A stretch of DNA of 64,000 bases from Saccostrea cucullata (Eukaryota). Made by a program: the position numbers and the translations under genes. The notes beneath the pieces are model-generated. The model ran no database searches. It was not told the origin of the DNA and was given only the letters and a program-made list of their open reading frames with translations. This document shows positions 39,701 through 51,100 of this stretch, piece by piece (position 1 is the stretch's first letter; the number at the start of each line of letters is the position of its first letter). Where the stretch lies: the NCBI RefSeq assembly GCF_032062105.1, contig NW_026936265.1:496001-560000 (forward strand), given 5' to 3'.

Positions 39701-40788
39701 ATGTATATTTGGCCAGTTCATCCTCTTAAGAAGTTTTTTATTACTTTAAATGATGTAACTTCTAACTCACTTCATAATTTCACCAAAATGTTTCTTCCAA
39801 AGCTCAATCAAGATTGCGACAAAAAAAACACATCTTATATAATTCATGCAGTTTTCATTTCATCCAATAGAATAGTCCAGGAAAAGGGTGCAAAAACTTA
39901 TAAGTGACCTTTTGGCATGAAATGATTGTGTCATCCCTTACCTAGAAGACAAATGGGCTAATCCAGTAGTATAGAAACGCAGAAAAAAAGGTCAAACAGA
40001 CGTCCGTCTAGGAACTCGCATGAAATAAATAGGTGTATGCAAAAAAAACATCATTATATTGTATCAGTAATATGGTTATTTTTCTGATAACTGTTGTTGT
40101 TGAAATGCAGGTAACAAAATCCGATGATAATCAGCATGCACAAAATTTTGCTGGCTAACTGTGACCTCTTAGCTTCGCAACTAGGTAATATTGATCCTTA
40201 GTAGTGCCTGATGCCGTGACGTCAGGCAATTATGACATAGTTACTGAATTTAACAAAAATATCTGGTGTTTGTTTTTTTTATAATGAGGAAATACACTGT
40301 ACATTCTGAAATGTCTTTCAATACTGTTAATCAACTTTTATTCCCTAGTGAGAAATTTTTCCGAGTTTCATGAGAACCTAGACATACTGACATAGCAAAT
40401 ATTTCTCATCACAAATCATATGTCAACTCAATGACTTAGAATTGCAAAAAAGTCAAACACTCTGAATAAATTATGAGATCTTTTTAAGTTTATTCATACT
40501 GCAGTTTCCTCCATACTAGTCTCTACACAGTACACATGTAATGGCTCGGTGTTTCTTTTGGGATTTAGTTTGTGGATCTAATTCGTTAAAACATAACTCT
40601 ACGAATAGTTTAGTATTTTAATATTTATTCTGAAATCAAGAATTAAATCAGCCTCACAAAAAGGTGAAACCAGCGACAGATCAGAATATATTGGATCGTG
40701 ACTCTCATTTCCTGAATTTGATTAAGCAGATACTCTTCACTACAGCCTGATATAGGCGATTTCCAGCTACAAAAGAAGAACTTACCAT
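27742..40788 (-). CDS. XPO6: Exportin-6, ~1147 aa, 24 coding exons
   Basis: Exons (high to low): 40786-40788 (ATG only), 38078-38168, 36644-36756, 36166-36363, 35645-35804, 35373-35519, 34700-35132, 34475-34601, 34239-34348, 33780-33888, 33448-33540, 32998-33227, 32420-32512, 32180-32330, 31694-31840, 31249-31438, 30738-30893, 30515-30629, 30246-30305, 30047-30158, 29319-29492, 28720-28818, 28029-28259, 27742-27843. All introns are GT-AG and the sum is 3444 nt. Recognisable peptides: MASDQASLKALENLMTEFF, IGRIDWPHFYPDFF, TASEELASPREDLSMARKEEL, KLHCSLRDLSSLLQALGRLAE, SHDLLHEEIVVTVYNMASVDF, DLPSFTQSVHRFVNDLRYYRL. Confidence 0.95.
29547..29773. mobile_element. Small TA-flanked MITE (Tc1/mariner-type); a partial copy lies at ~26070-26275
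   Basis: taccatataagtggaaattttagc / gctaaaaattctacttatacgata inverted ends. Confidence 0.65.
34018..34237. mobile_element. Small TA-flanked MITE abutting an XPO6 splice donor
   Basis: tactgtagatcact / agtgattaacagta inverted ends. The right-hand TA overlaps the donor GTA of exon 34239-34348. Confidence 0.65.
39133..39225 (-). mobile_element. Partial copy of the tRNA-derived SINE
   Basis: Reverse complement reads tcgcgggttcgaatccacagcggaacgtggagatcggtccttcggatgagaccg, matching 5694-5748. Confidence 0.75.
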
Positions 40789-41459
40789 GTTTTATTATTT
40801 ACATCAGACTTTTATCCATAAGTTTCTTTTCTTCAATATGAAAATATATCGCCAAGCTTCAAAGAGATGCACAAAACATCATCCCATCCTGTGATCCTGA
40901 CCTGTCAAACGACGAAAGTTGAAAAGTTTCGAGAGATTCCGGGAAAAGGTGCGTTCAATTTTTATTAATGCGAGGTCTCTTATTTCGAGTTAAAATTTTT
41001 CTTACGTTAATCATGATTTTATTTATTTTAAAACATGTGTATCATTCTTTTATTTGAAGTGAAATACAATGTAAATGATTTTTCTAAAATTATGCAATTA
41101 TTCGACAGAAAAATAACTTAAAGTTTTAAAAGTTGAATGTCTAAAAGTTAAAGCAGATAAAGAGGAATGATTTTATTGTTTACGGTAATGTCAATGGGTT
41201 ATAGGTAAAGTCGGAATTATGTACAAATTTAAAGATTAGTTTATTAATATAAACTCACAATCTTCAGAATTCCATTTGTTCAAGTCTAGTTCTCAATTTA
41301 TGATCCACATCAGGAAAGTGTTTGATTACAGGATTAAATAATGGTGAAATGCCAAATACATTATTAACATTGATCAAGGTTAGAGCACGAGTTGGAAAGC
41401 AGTTCAGTTGGAAACACGGGGAAGAAAACAAGAACCCTCATCAAATTCAGTTGCTTGAT
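40789..41459. promoter_or_regulatory. Putative bidirectional promoter / 5' UTR region shared by XPO6 and TOMM22
   Basis: The divergent start codons are only ~670 bp apart. There is a candidate non-coding-exon donor aag|gtgcgt at ~40949 and TTCCGGGAA at 40937-40945. Confidence 0.6.
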
Positions 41460-43076
41460 ATGGATGCAGCTGGTGCAGGAGGCGACCAGAATATGGAACT
41501 TACAGGAGACAAGTTAAAAGAATTGACCAATGCTATTGAGGATGACGATGATGACGAAGTGAGTGTATTGTCTTCTTGATTGAAAACTTAAACTCTGTCA
41601 GGTTGGGCACAACCTACCAAATGGTACTTTCATATCCCCCGTTTGGTAGACAGTCTTTTATATCGGTATTGAATTTTACTGACCATTTGGGGGACAAAAT
41701 TGGTTGTGTAACTGTTTAATTCCATTGAGTGGAGTGGAATTGTGCATAATTTTAAACCATGTGGAATAACATATAGATATTTGACGTGTTCTGAGTGAAA
41801 AAAAATTAAAAATTCTATGTGCAATTTTTTGCGAAGAGTCGTTAAAAAATTTGACAAAAACGTAGATTATGTAAACAAGTGCAATGTTACTCCATTTTTT
41901 TACTCTAAAAGAAAAATTCTCTCCTTCTTCAACGATGCTGCACCTGTCAATCAGGTCCTTTACTTTCTATTTCGATTATCCAGGCAACCAATCAATTAGT
42001 GCAAACAAATCAAAACAATGACCTTTTTTAAACCTGATGCAAAGTCGGATTTAACTACGGCGGCACATTTGTGTTAATTTTCAACTAGGAAATCAGAAGA
42101 AAAAAATAAGTTTTTGCCTTTATTTCGTTTTATTTTGAACACAATGGCTTTGTTCTTCATAAAAATAGTAAATGCAGTTGGAGTATGATATAATTATTGT
42201 TTTAAAATGATGTACTTGGAACAAAAACAAGAACTAGAGGTACTGTGAGCGATGAGCTCACTAAATGATACCCCCCGCCTCCCATATGGTTATAACTGGT
42301 GAAAAAGTCCATGTTTTCCTGTGGCCGGGAAACCCAAAATATGTGTTGTATCAAAAAGTAAAATAGGAGGTGCACAATGACAATATGTAATAAAGGTTCT
42401 GTGAAAGTTGCATCAAATTTCATTCAGTGGTATGAGAGGAGTTGCGGATAAGAGATGGGTACCCCAAAGCGTAACAGACGGACGGACGGACGGACAGACG
42501 TACAGACGGACGGAATTAACGATTACTATATACCCTCCCGCTTTTCAAGCGGGGGCAAAGTCAGTTTGTACATCTTCTTTTGAATATTATTTTTCAAATT
42601 TATTAAATTCACCAGTAATATGCATATTAAACCCCAAAAGGTCACATGGAATCTGCAACTTCATCCTTAAAGAAAAATGACAACAAATATTACATTCAAC
42701 TCTGGAAAAAATTAACTTTATAGCAGGAAGTGCCCACCATACCAGTAAGGCATGAGTAGCTCATGTTTAACAGGATTTCACGGAGATAAACATTAACGAA
42801 GGTCCAAAAAGAGACTGAAAGTTAATTAACTCACCAAGAGTTAAATCACTAGATCAAATTGAATTTTTATCCAACAAGACACAACAAAGATTTTTTTTTT
42901 TGATCGATTGATCAAGAAGTTTGGCTGTTACAGACAACTATGGGTATTGTTTTTACGAAGTTACAGAGAAATTGCACATAGAAATTCGACCGATTTATGT
43001 TAATTGTGCGAGGAATATGTTCACTAAAATCCCCCAATGCCTGAATAAATGCGCTTTTGTTTTATTTTTAGCTCAA

Positions 43077-43110
<34 letters not shown>

Positions 43111-43166
43111 CATTTTGTCCGTCGTCTGTCCGTCCGTCCGTCTGTCTGTAAACTTTTCACATTTTT

Positions 43167-43199
<33 letters not shown>

Positions 43200-45203
43200 C
43201 CAAACTTGGTACAAAGCATCCTTAGCCGAAGGCAATTTTAAATTGTGAAAATAAAGGGCCAAGACCCCTCATAAAAGAAGATAATCAAGAAAATACAAAA
43301 TTAGGTTGGTGTCATTAAAAAATCTTCTTCTCAAGAGCCTCTGGGCCAGAAAAGCTGAAACTTATGTGGAAGCATCCTTGGTTAGTGTAGATTCTAAATT
43401 ATTAAAATCATGACCCCTGGGGGTAGGTAGGGCTGGGACGATATATCGAGATATCGATATATCGTGATATCTGTGAGGACGATACGCATATCGATACATA
43501 AGAAGAAATATCGATCAGGGGTTCAAAATTTTTTTTGTCATGGTCAAGTCCAGGACTTAAAGAGTAAATTTTAGGCTAGTCCAAGGAAGAAATTTCAGAG
43601 TCCATATTTACCTATACATCATTAAATTTATGTTACTTATAATTTATTTTCATTTGTTGCATTGAATGAATAAAGACTATATGTATTAATAATATATGTT
43701 TTATTTTTCCTCCATAAACTGTCATATATCCTTATAAGCCTAGTCATACATGAGTATTTCAACACAATACCAGACTGATAGATTATTGGTACATTACAAT
43801 AACTTTTACAAATACTCACTACTGAATAAATCATCTGTTACAATAAATAGAAATTAGAATGTGCATTACTGCTGGTAAAACCGAAATTTAACAAACTCCT
43901 TGCTGTTTGTCATATAGGAGGAAACATGAGAAATTGCGTAAAAGCAAGAGTCTAACCGCAACGGAAAATAAAAAGACGGATTGTATTTTCAAAACGTTTG
44001 TAATGTTTTATGGGTATTTCAACGCCCACAAACCACATTTTTACTTAATACATTTGAGAATTTGCTTTATTTTTAGCTTTACGATCATTTTTTTAACTTA
44101 AAAAAAAGATAAACAAGAAATATAGCCAAGTCCCAGGACTTTGGCGAATTCTAAATGCCGAGTCCGGATCCGGAATTTGTTAGTCCGGGACGTCGGGCTT
44201 GAGGAATTTTGAACCCCTGATCGATATATCGCCCATGAAAATCTTATTTCTATTTTTCTTTGTTTATTTAACATTTGGGGTTCAATATATAAAATAAATG
44301 AGTTAAATATAAATATAGATATGAAATAAAAAATAATTAACACCATTTGAGTAAAATATTTTTGTTTTACAACATGTAAACAACTATTTTGAACAAATTA
44401 TTCGTATTTGCAAAGAAATAATTTGTTTATTTCAATGCAAAAGAAAGATTTTATAAGCAATTAAACATATCGTGATACATATCGTATCGTGGCCAAAATA
44501 TCGTGATACGTATCGATATAGAAAAAGTTGTATCGTCCCAGCCCTAGGGGTAGGGCGAAGCCACAGTAGGGAATCTGATATTTACATAGAAATATATAGG
44601 AACAACATTTAAAAATCTTCTTCTCAAGAACCACTGGGCCAGAAAAGCTTAAAGTGATGTGGAAGCATCCTGGGGTAGTGTAGATTCTAAATTGTTAAAA
44701 TCATGACCCCGGGGGGTTGAGCGGGGCCACAATATGGAATCCAAGTTTTACATAGAAATATTTAGGAACAAACTTTAAAAATCTTCTTGAGAACCACTGG
44801 GTCATAAAAGCTGAAACTTATGTGGAAGCATCCTGGGGTAGTGTAGATTCTAAATTGTTAAAATTGTGACCCCAGGGGATGGGTGGGGCCACAATAGGGA
44901 ATCAAAGTTTTGCATAGAAATATACACGAACGAACTTTAAAAATCTTCTTCTCAGGAACCACTGGGCCAGAGAAGCTGAAACCTATGTGGAAGCATCCTG
45001 GGGTAGTGTAGATTCTAAATTGTTCAAATCATGACCCCCCGGAGGTTGGACGGGGCCACAATACGGAATCCAAGTTTTACATGGAAATATATAGGAACAA
45101 ACTTTAAAAATCTTCTTCTCAAGAACCACTGGGCCAGAAAAGCTGAAACTTATGTGGAAGCATCCTGGGGTAGTGTAGATTCTAAATTGTTAAGATCATG
45201 ACC

Positions 45204-45237
<34 letters not shown>

Positions 45238-47115
45238 GGTCACACTAGGTATTACAATGGGGAAATTGGGTAAAGAACGGCATCACTAATGCTGCTCAGG
45301 GGGGGGGGGGGGGGGTCACACTAGGTATTACAATGGGGAAATTGGGTAAAGAACGGCATCAGTAATGTTGCTCAGGTGAGCGATGTGGCTCATGGGCCTC
45401 TTGTTATAAAAATTGCAATAGAATAAAAAAAAGTCCCTCATTTGGTTAGTAAAATTTGATTCGGATATGGTAGATTTTCTCCCAATGAGGGATAAAGGAC
45501 CATTTGGTAGGACTAAGGTTGTGCCCAACCTGTCTATTTACATACATGTACTGACTACACCAGATGTACTATTAATGTGTTTTATGATGTGACCGTTGGG
45601 GCGAGTGCAGTCCTTTATACTGCTTACAGTTGATCCGCCCCATTCAAACCAATCAAACGTCAAACCGCACGACACAGTCTAGACTGTGATGTCACATGAC
45701 ATTGGAATTTACGTAGACAGCCGAGAGTCTGGTTATATGAGACAACATGGAGTTCTTGTCTCAAGGATTACATATGTGAAGTATGAAAGCCTAGCCCTTA
45801 CTGTTCAAAAGTTATGGCCAAGGTTAAAGTATTTTAAAAGTAGGTAAAGCTCCAAGGTCAGGGTCAGAAGGTCAAAGTTGTTGGTATCCTATGAAAGATC
45901 TTGTAATAAGGATTACATATGTGAAGGATGAAAGCCCTAGCCCTTACCATTCAAAGGTTATGGCCAAGGTTAAAGTTTTTTAAAAGTAGGTCAAGGTTAA
46001 AAGGTCAAAGTTGTTGGTATCCAATGGAAGTTCTTGTCACAAAGAATACATATGTGAAGTATGAAAGTCCTAGCACCAACCATTCAAAAGTTATGGCCAA
46101 AGTATTAGTTTGAAATTTTGGTGTTAAAGTGGGTCAAACTCCAAGATCAAGGTCAAGAGGTCAAATTTGGTAAAGAAAGGTTTTGTCACAAGAAATGTAC
46201 CTGTGAAATATGAAAGCCATAGATCCACCCAGTCAAAAGTTATGGGTAAGGTTAAAGTTTTTATGGACAAACAGACAGATGGGCAAAAACTATGTATCCC
46301 CGTATTCATTTACGGGGGCATAAGAAGAAGAAAAAAAAGTCAAAAAATTATGTGAAAACTCATTTTTGCACTAAGGACTATTTTAAAAGCAATCCAAATC
46401 AAATATCAAATACATATTTCCATCAATTTGGTACCTGTATACCATTGTTCGTGCAAACAAATGATAAAATAGCCAAATCAAGATATTCTCACTAGCTTAA
46501 TCAAGCTATATAGCTAAATCAAGGTATTGTGCCAGACATGTTGAGTTAAACAAGTAAATAAAATGACACTTTCAATCTGAATTTAGGAATTGGATGAGAC
46601 TTTGGTAGAGCGATTGATTGGATTAACAGAGATGTTTCCAGAGTCTGTCAGAAATGTGGTTTGTAAAGCAGGATCTCTCTCATGGAAAGCCACACAATGG
46701 GGATTTTCCTTCAGCAAGAGTGCATTATGGGTAGCAATGTCTGCTGGGACAATACTGGTTTTACCAGTTATGTTTGAAAATGAAAGAGCGCAAATGCTAG
46801 ATCAACAAAAACAACAGGAAAAACAGGTATCTCACCAAGTTTTTTAAATAATAATTTTTTAAAACTGTAGCGTGTTTAGTACTTACATTTTTTCTTTTTT
46901 TTTTTACAAAGATAACATAAGTTCTTAGATTAGGTTGTTTTTTGGGTTACATGTATCAATATACTTTAGAAAATGTGTCATAACTTCTGTTTCAGATTTT
47001 ACTGGGACCTCACTCTGCAATGTCTGGGACAGGGATGTACAATCAAGGAATGATGCCCCCTGGCATGGTCCCCCCACCCCCAACTATGGCCCCTCCTACT
47101 CCATCCTCATCTTAA
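41460..47115 (+). CDS. TOMM22: Mitochondrial import receptor subunit TOM22, ~152 aa; exons 41460-41558, 46587-46826, 46996-47115
   Basis: Acidic N-terminus EDDDDDEELDETLVERLIGLTEMFPE, TM segment SALWVAMSAGTILVLPVMFENER, then QQKQQEKQILLGP. Introns are GT-AG, phase 0. The start codon is inferred. Confidence 0.93.
42226..42560 (+). mobile_element. Short HINE with (gacg)n microsatellite and terminal hairpin
   Basis: aacaagaactagaggtactgtgagc..gacggacggacggacggacagacg..cccgcttttcaagcggg. Confidence 0.6.
43428..44546. mobile_element. hAT-type MITE, 8-bp TSD
   Basis: TIR tagggctgggacgata / tatcgtcccagcccta, TSD ggggtagg at 43420-43427 and 44547-44554, and atcg-rich subterminal repeats. Confidence 0.9.
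43516..44219. mobile_element. MITE, CAG..CTG ends, 6-bp TSD (hAT6-like)
   Basis: TIR caggggttcaaaatt / aattttgaacccctg, with atcgat duplicated at 43510-43515 and 44220-44225. Confidence 0.85.
45745..46325 (+). mobile_element. HINE remnant with ~130-145 bp tandem units
   Basis: Units cttgtcacaaggaatacatatgtgaagtatgaaagccctag..aaaagttatggccaaggttaaagt, a gacagaca microsatellite, and terminal hairpin ccccgta..tacgggg. Confidence 0.7.
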
Positions 47116-47399
47116 CGGAGAATGTCTGTGATTATTTGTTGTGTAAAGGATCAAACTTTATTGTATATATGTTTAGATTGAGTGTGTTCAAAGTGTGTGA
47201 GTAATCATCGTGATAAAAATATATATAAAATTTAAGATATTGTGTTTTGTACACTTAAATGTATGCTCAGCATCATCAGGCAGATTCATTGCAAATATAT
47301 CATTAAATTTCCTCCAGCATGCTAAGAGGTTGGCAGCATGATACTATGGACTTCTCACGGGATCTCCCCACAACTAAGATATATAAGGAGCATAAGGTC

Positions 47400-47746
47400 T
47401 GTAGCGGTAGATGGGTTCTAATGTTCATGGCCAGATAGTTCAGTTGGTAAAGCACCAGACTGAAGATTTGGTGAGCTTGGGATCAAATCCTGGTCTGGTC
47501 CATTACATTTTCTCCTCTCCCAGTACATTTGAGGCCATGTCATGCCCTGGAAGTGACAGGTGAAAGACCTGCCAAAGAAGAGTCTGGGTTGATGTCTTCA
47601 GGGGGCCATTTTAGGACCATAAGAGGTTCGATCGCCAGTGACCAGATACATTTAGCTAAGGTGGTAGAGCACCTGGCTAGAGAATCATGGGCCAGTATTT
47701 GAATTCTGGTCTTGTCCATCTTATTTTCTTCCTCTCCCATTAAACA
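47400..47746 (+). mobile_element. Miniature non-autonomous LTR-like element whose repeats contain tRNA-like sequence (Cassandra/Ajax-like architecture)
   Basis: Repeat 1 (47400-47526) runs tgta..gtaca and contains ggccagatagttcagttggtaaagcaccagactgaagattt..gggatcaaatcctggtctggtc. It is followed by tttgaggcc (PBS-like) and two hairpins. Repeat 2 (~47620-47746) contains tagctaaggtggtagagcacc..atttgaattctggtcttgtcc..ctctcccattaaaca. Confidence 0.6.
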
Positions 47747-48131
47747 ATCATGATAAAAAGACGATAGAGCTCAGGTTATTCTGTTGACTGTCAGGTTACT
47801 GATTACCAGTAAGTCTCCTTAAACTTGACCAAGTAAAGCAATCCACAAAGATCAATCACATTCCTATCCATGAACAAGAGATGTTTGTGAAACACTTCAC
47901 ACATTCTAAAACAATTAAAGAGATAAAGTAATGTTGTAAAAATATATAGTATTTTATTCAATAATTTATTGCACAAATAAAATGCATAGAATCAACAAAC
48001 ATACAGCAATGTTCACCATTAAAAAAATGTTTTCTGGAACAAAATTAATATGTCGTATGTATAATGGATTCCATGATGAGATCAGTGATTCTGAGTTGTG
48101 TGATAAAGGAGATTCCCTTGGAGGGTTGGTG

Positions 48132-51100
48132 TCATGTCTTCTTGGATTTGGATGACATTGCCTTCAATAAATTCCCCACTTTACTGCTACTCTTAGATTT
48201 TTTCTTTTCTGGTTTTTGTGTTGTTGAAGCATTTGATGCATCTAAAACAAAAATTATTTAATTATTTAAAAATGTTTTCAGCAAAATTTTAAAAGCAACT
48301 ATTAATTAAACAAGAGGTCCAGATTTGAATCCCATGTGGGATGTGGAGACCAGTCCTTCTGATGAGACAGTATAAACCGAAGTCCCGTGTCGCAATAGGT
48401 GCTAGCACAAAAATGATCCCTCACTGCTCAATGGCCCTAAGTGCTGAGTTAGAGTATAGGACAAAATTTGCAGCTCCGACGACAAATGGTGGCATCTTCA
48501 TATAGGAGAATAACTCTCTAGAGGGACATTAAACAACAAACAAACAAACAAGCTTACCTTTGTCATCTTTAACTGCCAGAAGTGTCCTCAAACCCTCTAT
48601 TTCTTTTTTGAGTTTTCTGTATTCCTAAAATAAAAAAAATAATGTTATAAGATTGTGTTCTTTCTTTATATGACTTCACTTTTAACTTTCTCACTGGTTT
48701 TCCTTTATCAAGGTCATCCCACAATATGATTTCACATATACTTGAAAAGGGAGGTCAACATTACCGCTACATTGGGGTAATTTTCAACTCATTAATACCG
48801 CTACATTTATTCAAAATTTCGGGTGATGATTACCACTACATTTTATCAATAAGACTATACTGCCGACTACAAGTCACTACCACTACACATACAATCAACC
48901 AGCATGCAACTGAATATAAGTTTGACTCATTATGTTTTATTATGAGATTTTCAGACATCAGTTCGTCTAGCAAATGGCCTTTAAAGCTCTACCAATCGTG
49001 TAGAGACTGAGTGATTATCCATGAACAAGGCACCGTTTTCAAACTTTCTAAAATGTTTTATTGAATAAAATTAAAAGAGAAAATTGCTCAAATTCAAGAT
49101 GATCAGGGGAAGCAGGTCTTGTAAGTTATGCTATAATTTGTGCAATAATATGTACATATACATGCTTAGGCCGCCGCCTGACGGAATAGGTAATGTAGCG
49201 GTAATGTTACTTTTAAATGTAGCGGTAATGTTACCTTTAAATGTAGTGGTAATGTAACCTTTTTTGTAGTGGTAATGAGTATATAGCAATTTTAAAAATG
49301 TAGCAGTATATCAATGATATGCACCCCTTGCACAGGAATACATATAATCTGATGTTGGATTTTAAACTCTGATACACAGAGGTGATATACAAGTATTTTG
49401 AATTTACTAAATTATGAATACAATTCTGAAACTAATCAAATAACAGTTTTCATCTTCTTGCACTCTTAACCTTGAAAGTCTAAATAAAACAAAATATATT
49501 TTGAGACCAAGCCCCAAAGGCAATCAATCAAAAAGGCACAACATACCTCTGTACATTTTGGTAAGTTATCAAACTCTCCACTCTCTTCCTTCTTCTCACG
49601 TTCCTCGCGCTGAATGGCCTGTTCTGCTAAAAGCTTTTTCTCCTCCAATGGAATGTAATACCCTGCTTTCTCAAATATCTTTCTTAATTGTTTATTATAC
49701 CCCTGCAATGAAAGAAAACAATACTCCAGCAAAAAACACAATTAAAATTCTTTATTTTTCACAATTAAAAAGTGAGACAAAGAACTTTATTCGGTAATAA
49801 CCAATATTTGCCCCCCAAATCAAACTTTGATTGAGATATATTTAATTAAGTTCTTAAACAGGGGAGTATATGCTGACTTCAAAGCACTGAATATTTTCAT
49901 AAGTAATGATGCCATATGTACGTAATGACGTCACAAACATGACGTAAAATTCAGTGTTTAGGAATTTTACAGAAAAATGTACATATTTCGTCGATATTTT
50001 GAGTTCACCGAGCGCATGTGTGTTCAGGATCAATATTTTGATATAATGTGTAGAATGATAATATCAATGAAATATATCAATATTGTTCCTGAACAAACTT
50101 GCGCTCTATAAATTTTAAAGCTAAATTTGTTGAAATTTTGTCCATTTTGTCCTCTTTCTGAAAAAGGATATAAAATCGAACTAGCTTGTGACGTCACAAA
50201 AACAAAAATTGTGAATACACTGCTTTGACGCTATAATATTTTCTGTTAATTTATATTTCTCATACAATTTATTGAATTCAGCACATTTCAGGAAGTTTTC
50301 AAAATTGGACTTTTGTGGGGGCAAATATATGCAATATACCGCATATAGTTCTTTTGTCAAGCTTACCAAAATGATTTATTTAATACTTGCATTATTTTTT
50401 CATTGAAATTTCAACTATGCACTCTGATCCATTGCCAAAGGATTGTCTTACACACCTTTCTAGGCTCTGATTAGAGCAATCATGAAGGAGACTTACTTTT
50501 GGGGTAATTTCCTCCCTATAGAGTTCCCCCTCTAACTGATCCCAGGCCTGCTGAAGCTCCTCACTCAGCGTGGGGTAAACCAACATAGAGTCCCTGTGAC
50601 AGACATAAGGGGAGGTAAAGCTCATGTGGTAGTTACAGGTAGAGGGCTCTGTCACGTTCACAATATCATGCTTGTCTCCACAGCTGAATATTACCTGACA
50701 AACAGAGCTCAGAATCTTAATAAAATCCAAATAAAATTGTCAAGAGCTAGGAATATACCTGTATCATATAACAAATAGTACAACAAATAATACTTTAAAT
50801 TTTCCTTTTCAAAATGAATTCTGCAAAAACTGTGTCTTTACCTTGACAGTTCTGTGGAAATCTCCACATTTTTCTCCTTCTCTCATATTCATAGCAATAA
50901 ATGTGTTATTTTCTATTTCCCATTCTTGCCATACACTGAAAGTTTAACAAACAAAATAGAAATATTAAGGAAATCAATATACAAATATTTTCAGGGATGT
51001 TTTTAAGTTTTGTGTAAGTTATTGGTGTGCTTGTCATGTAGGCATATTTCATAAGTTTATTTCTGTAATTATTATAACAATATACCCGAGTACACCACTG

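Larger units (their letters stand above)
43066..45405 (+). mobile_element. HINE with a ~167-bp internal tandem array (44600-45200)
   Basis: tttttagctcaactgagccgaaggctcaagtgagc start and (gtcc)n. Units are aaaatcttcttctcaagaaccactgggccagaaaagctgaaacttatgtggaagcatcctggggtagtgtagattctaaattgtt. End is gtgagcgatgtggctcatgggcctcttgtt. Confidence 0.85.
41599..45532. mobile_element. Old DNA transposon with ~100-bp imperfect TIR (CAG..CTG, ~5-bp TSD), expanded by nested insertions
   Basis: caggttgggcacaacc..taccaaatggt / accatttggtagg..ggttgtgcccaacctg, with flanks tctgt / tctat. Confidence 0.7.

Noticed and set aside
45206-45375. Duplicated ~65-bp segment between long G runs
   Set aside because: Likely slippage or assembly error at poly-G; no evidence of function.
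47428-47500. Functional tRNA-Phe gene
   Set aside because: The T-loop is degenerate (ggatcaaatcc), the stems are mismatched, and it is embedded in a repeated element with other decayed copies.
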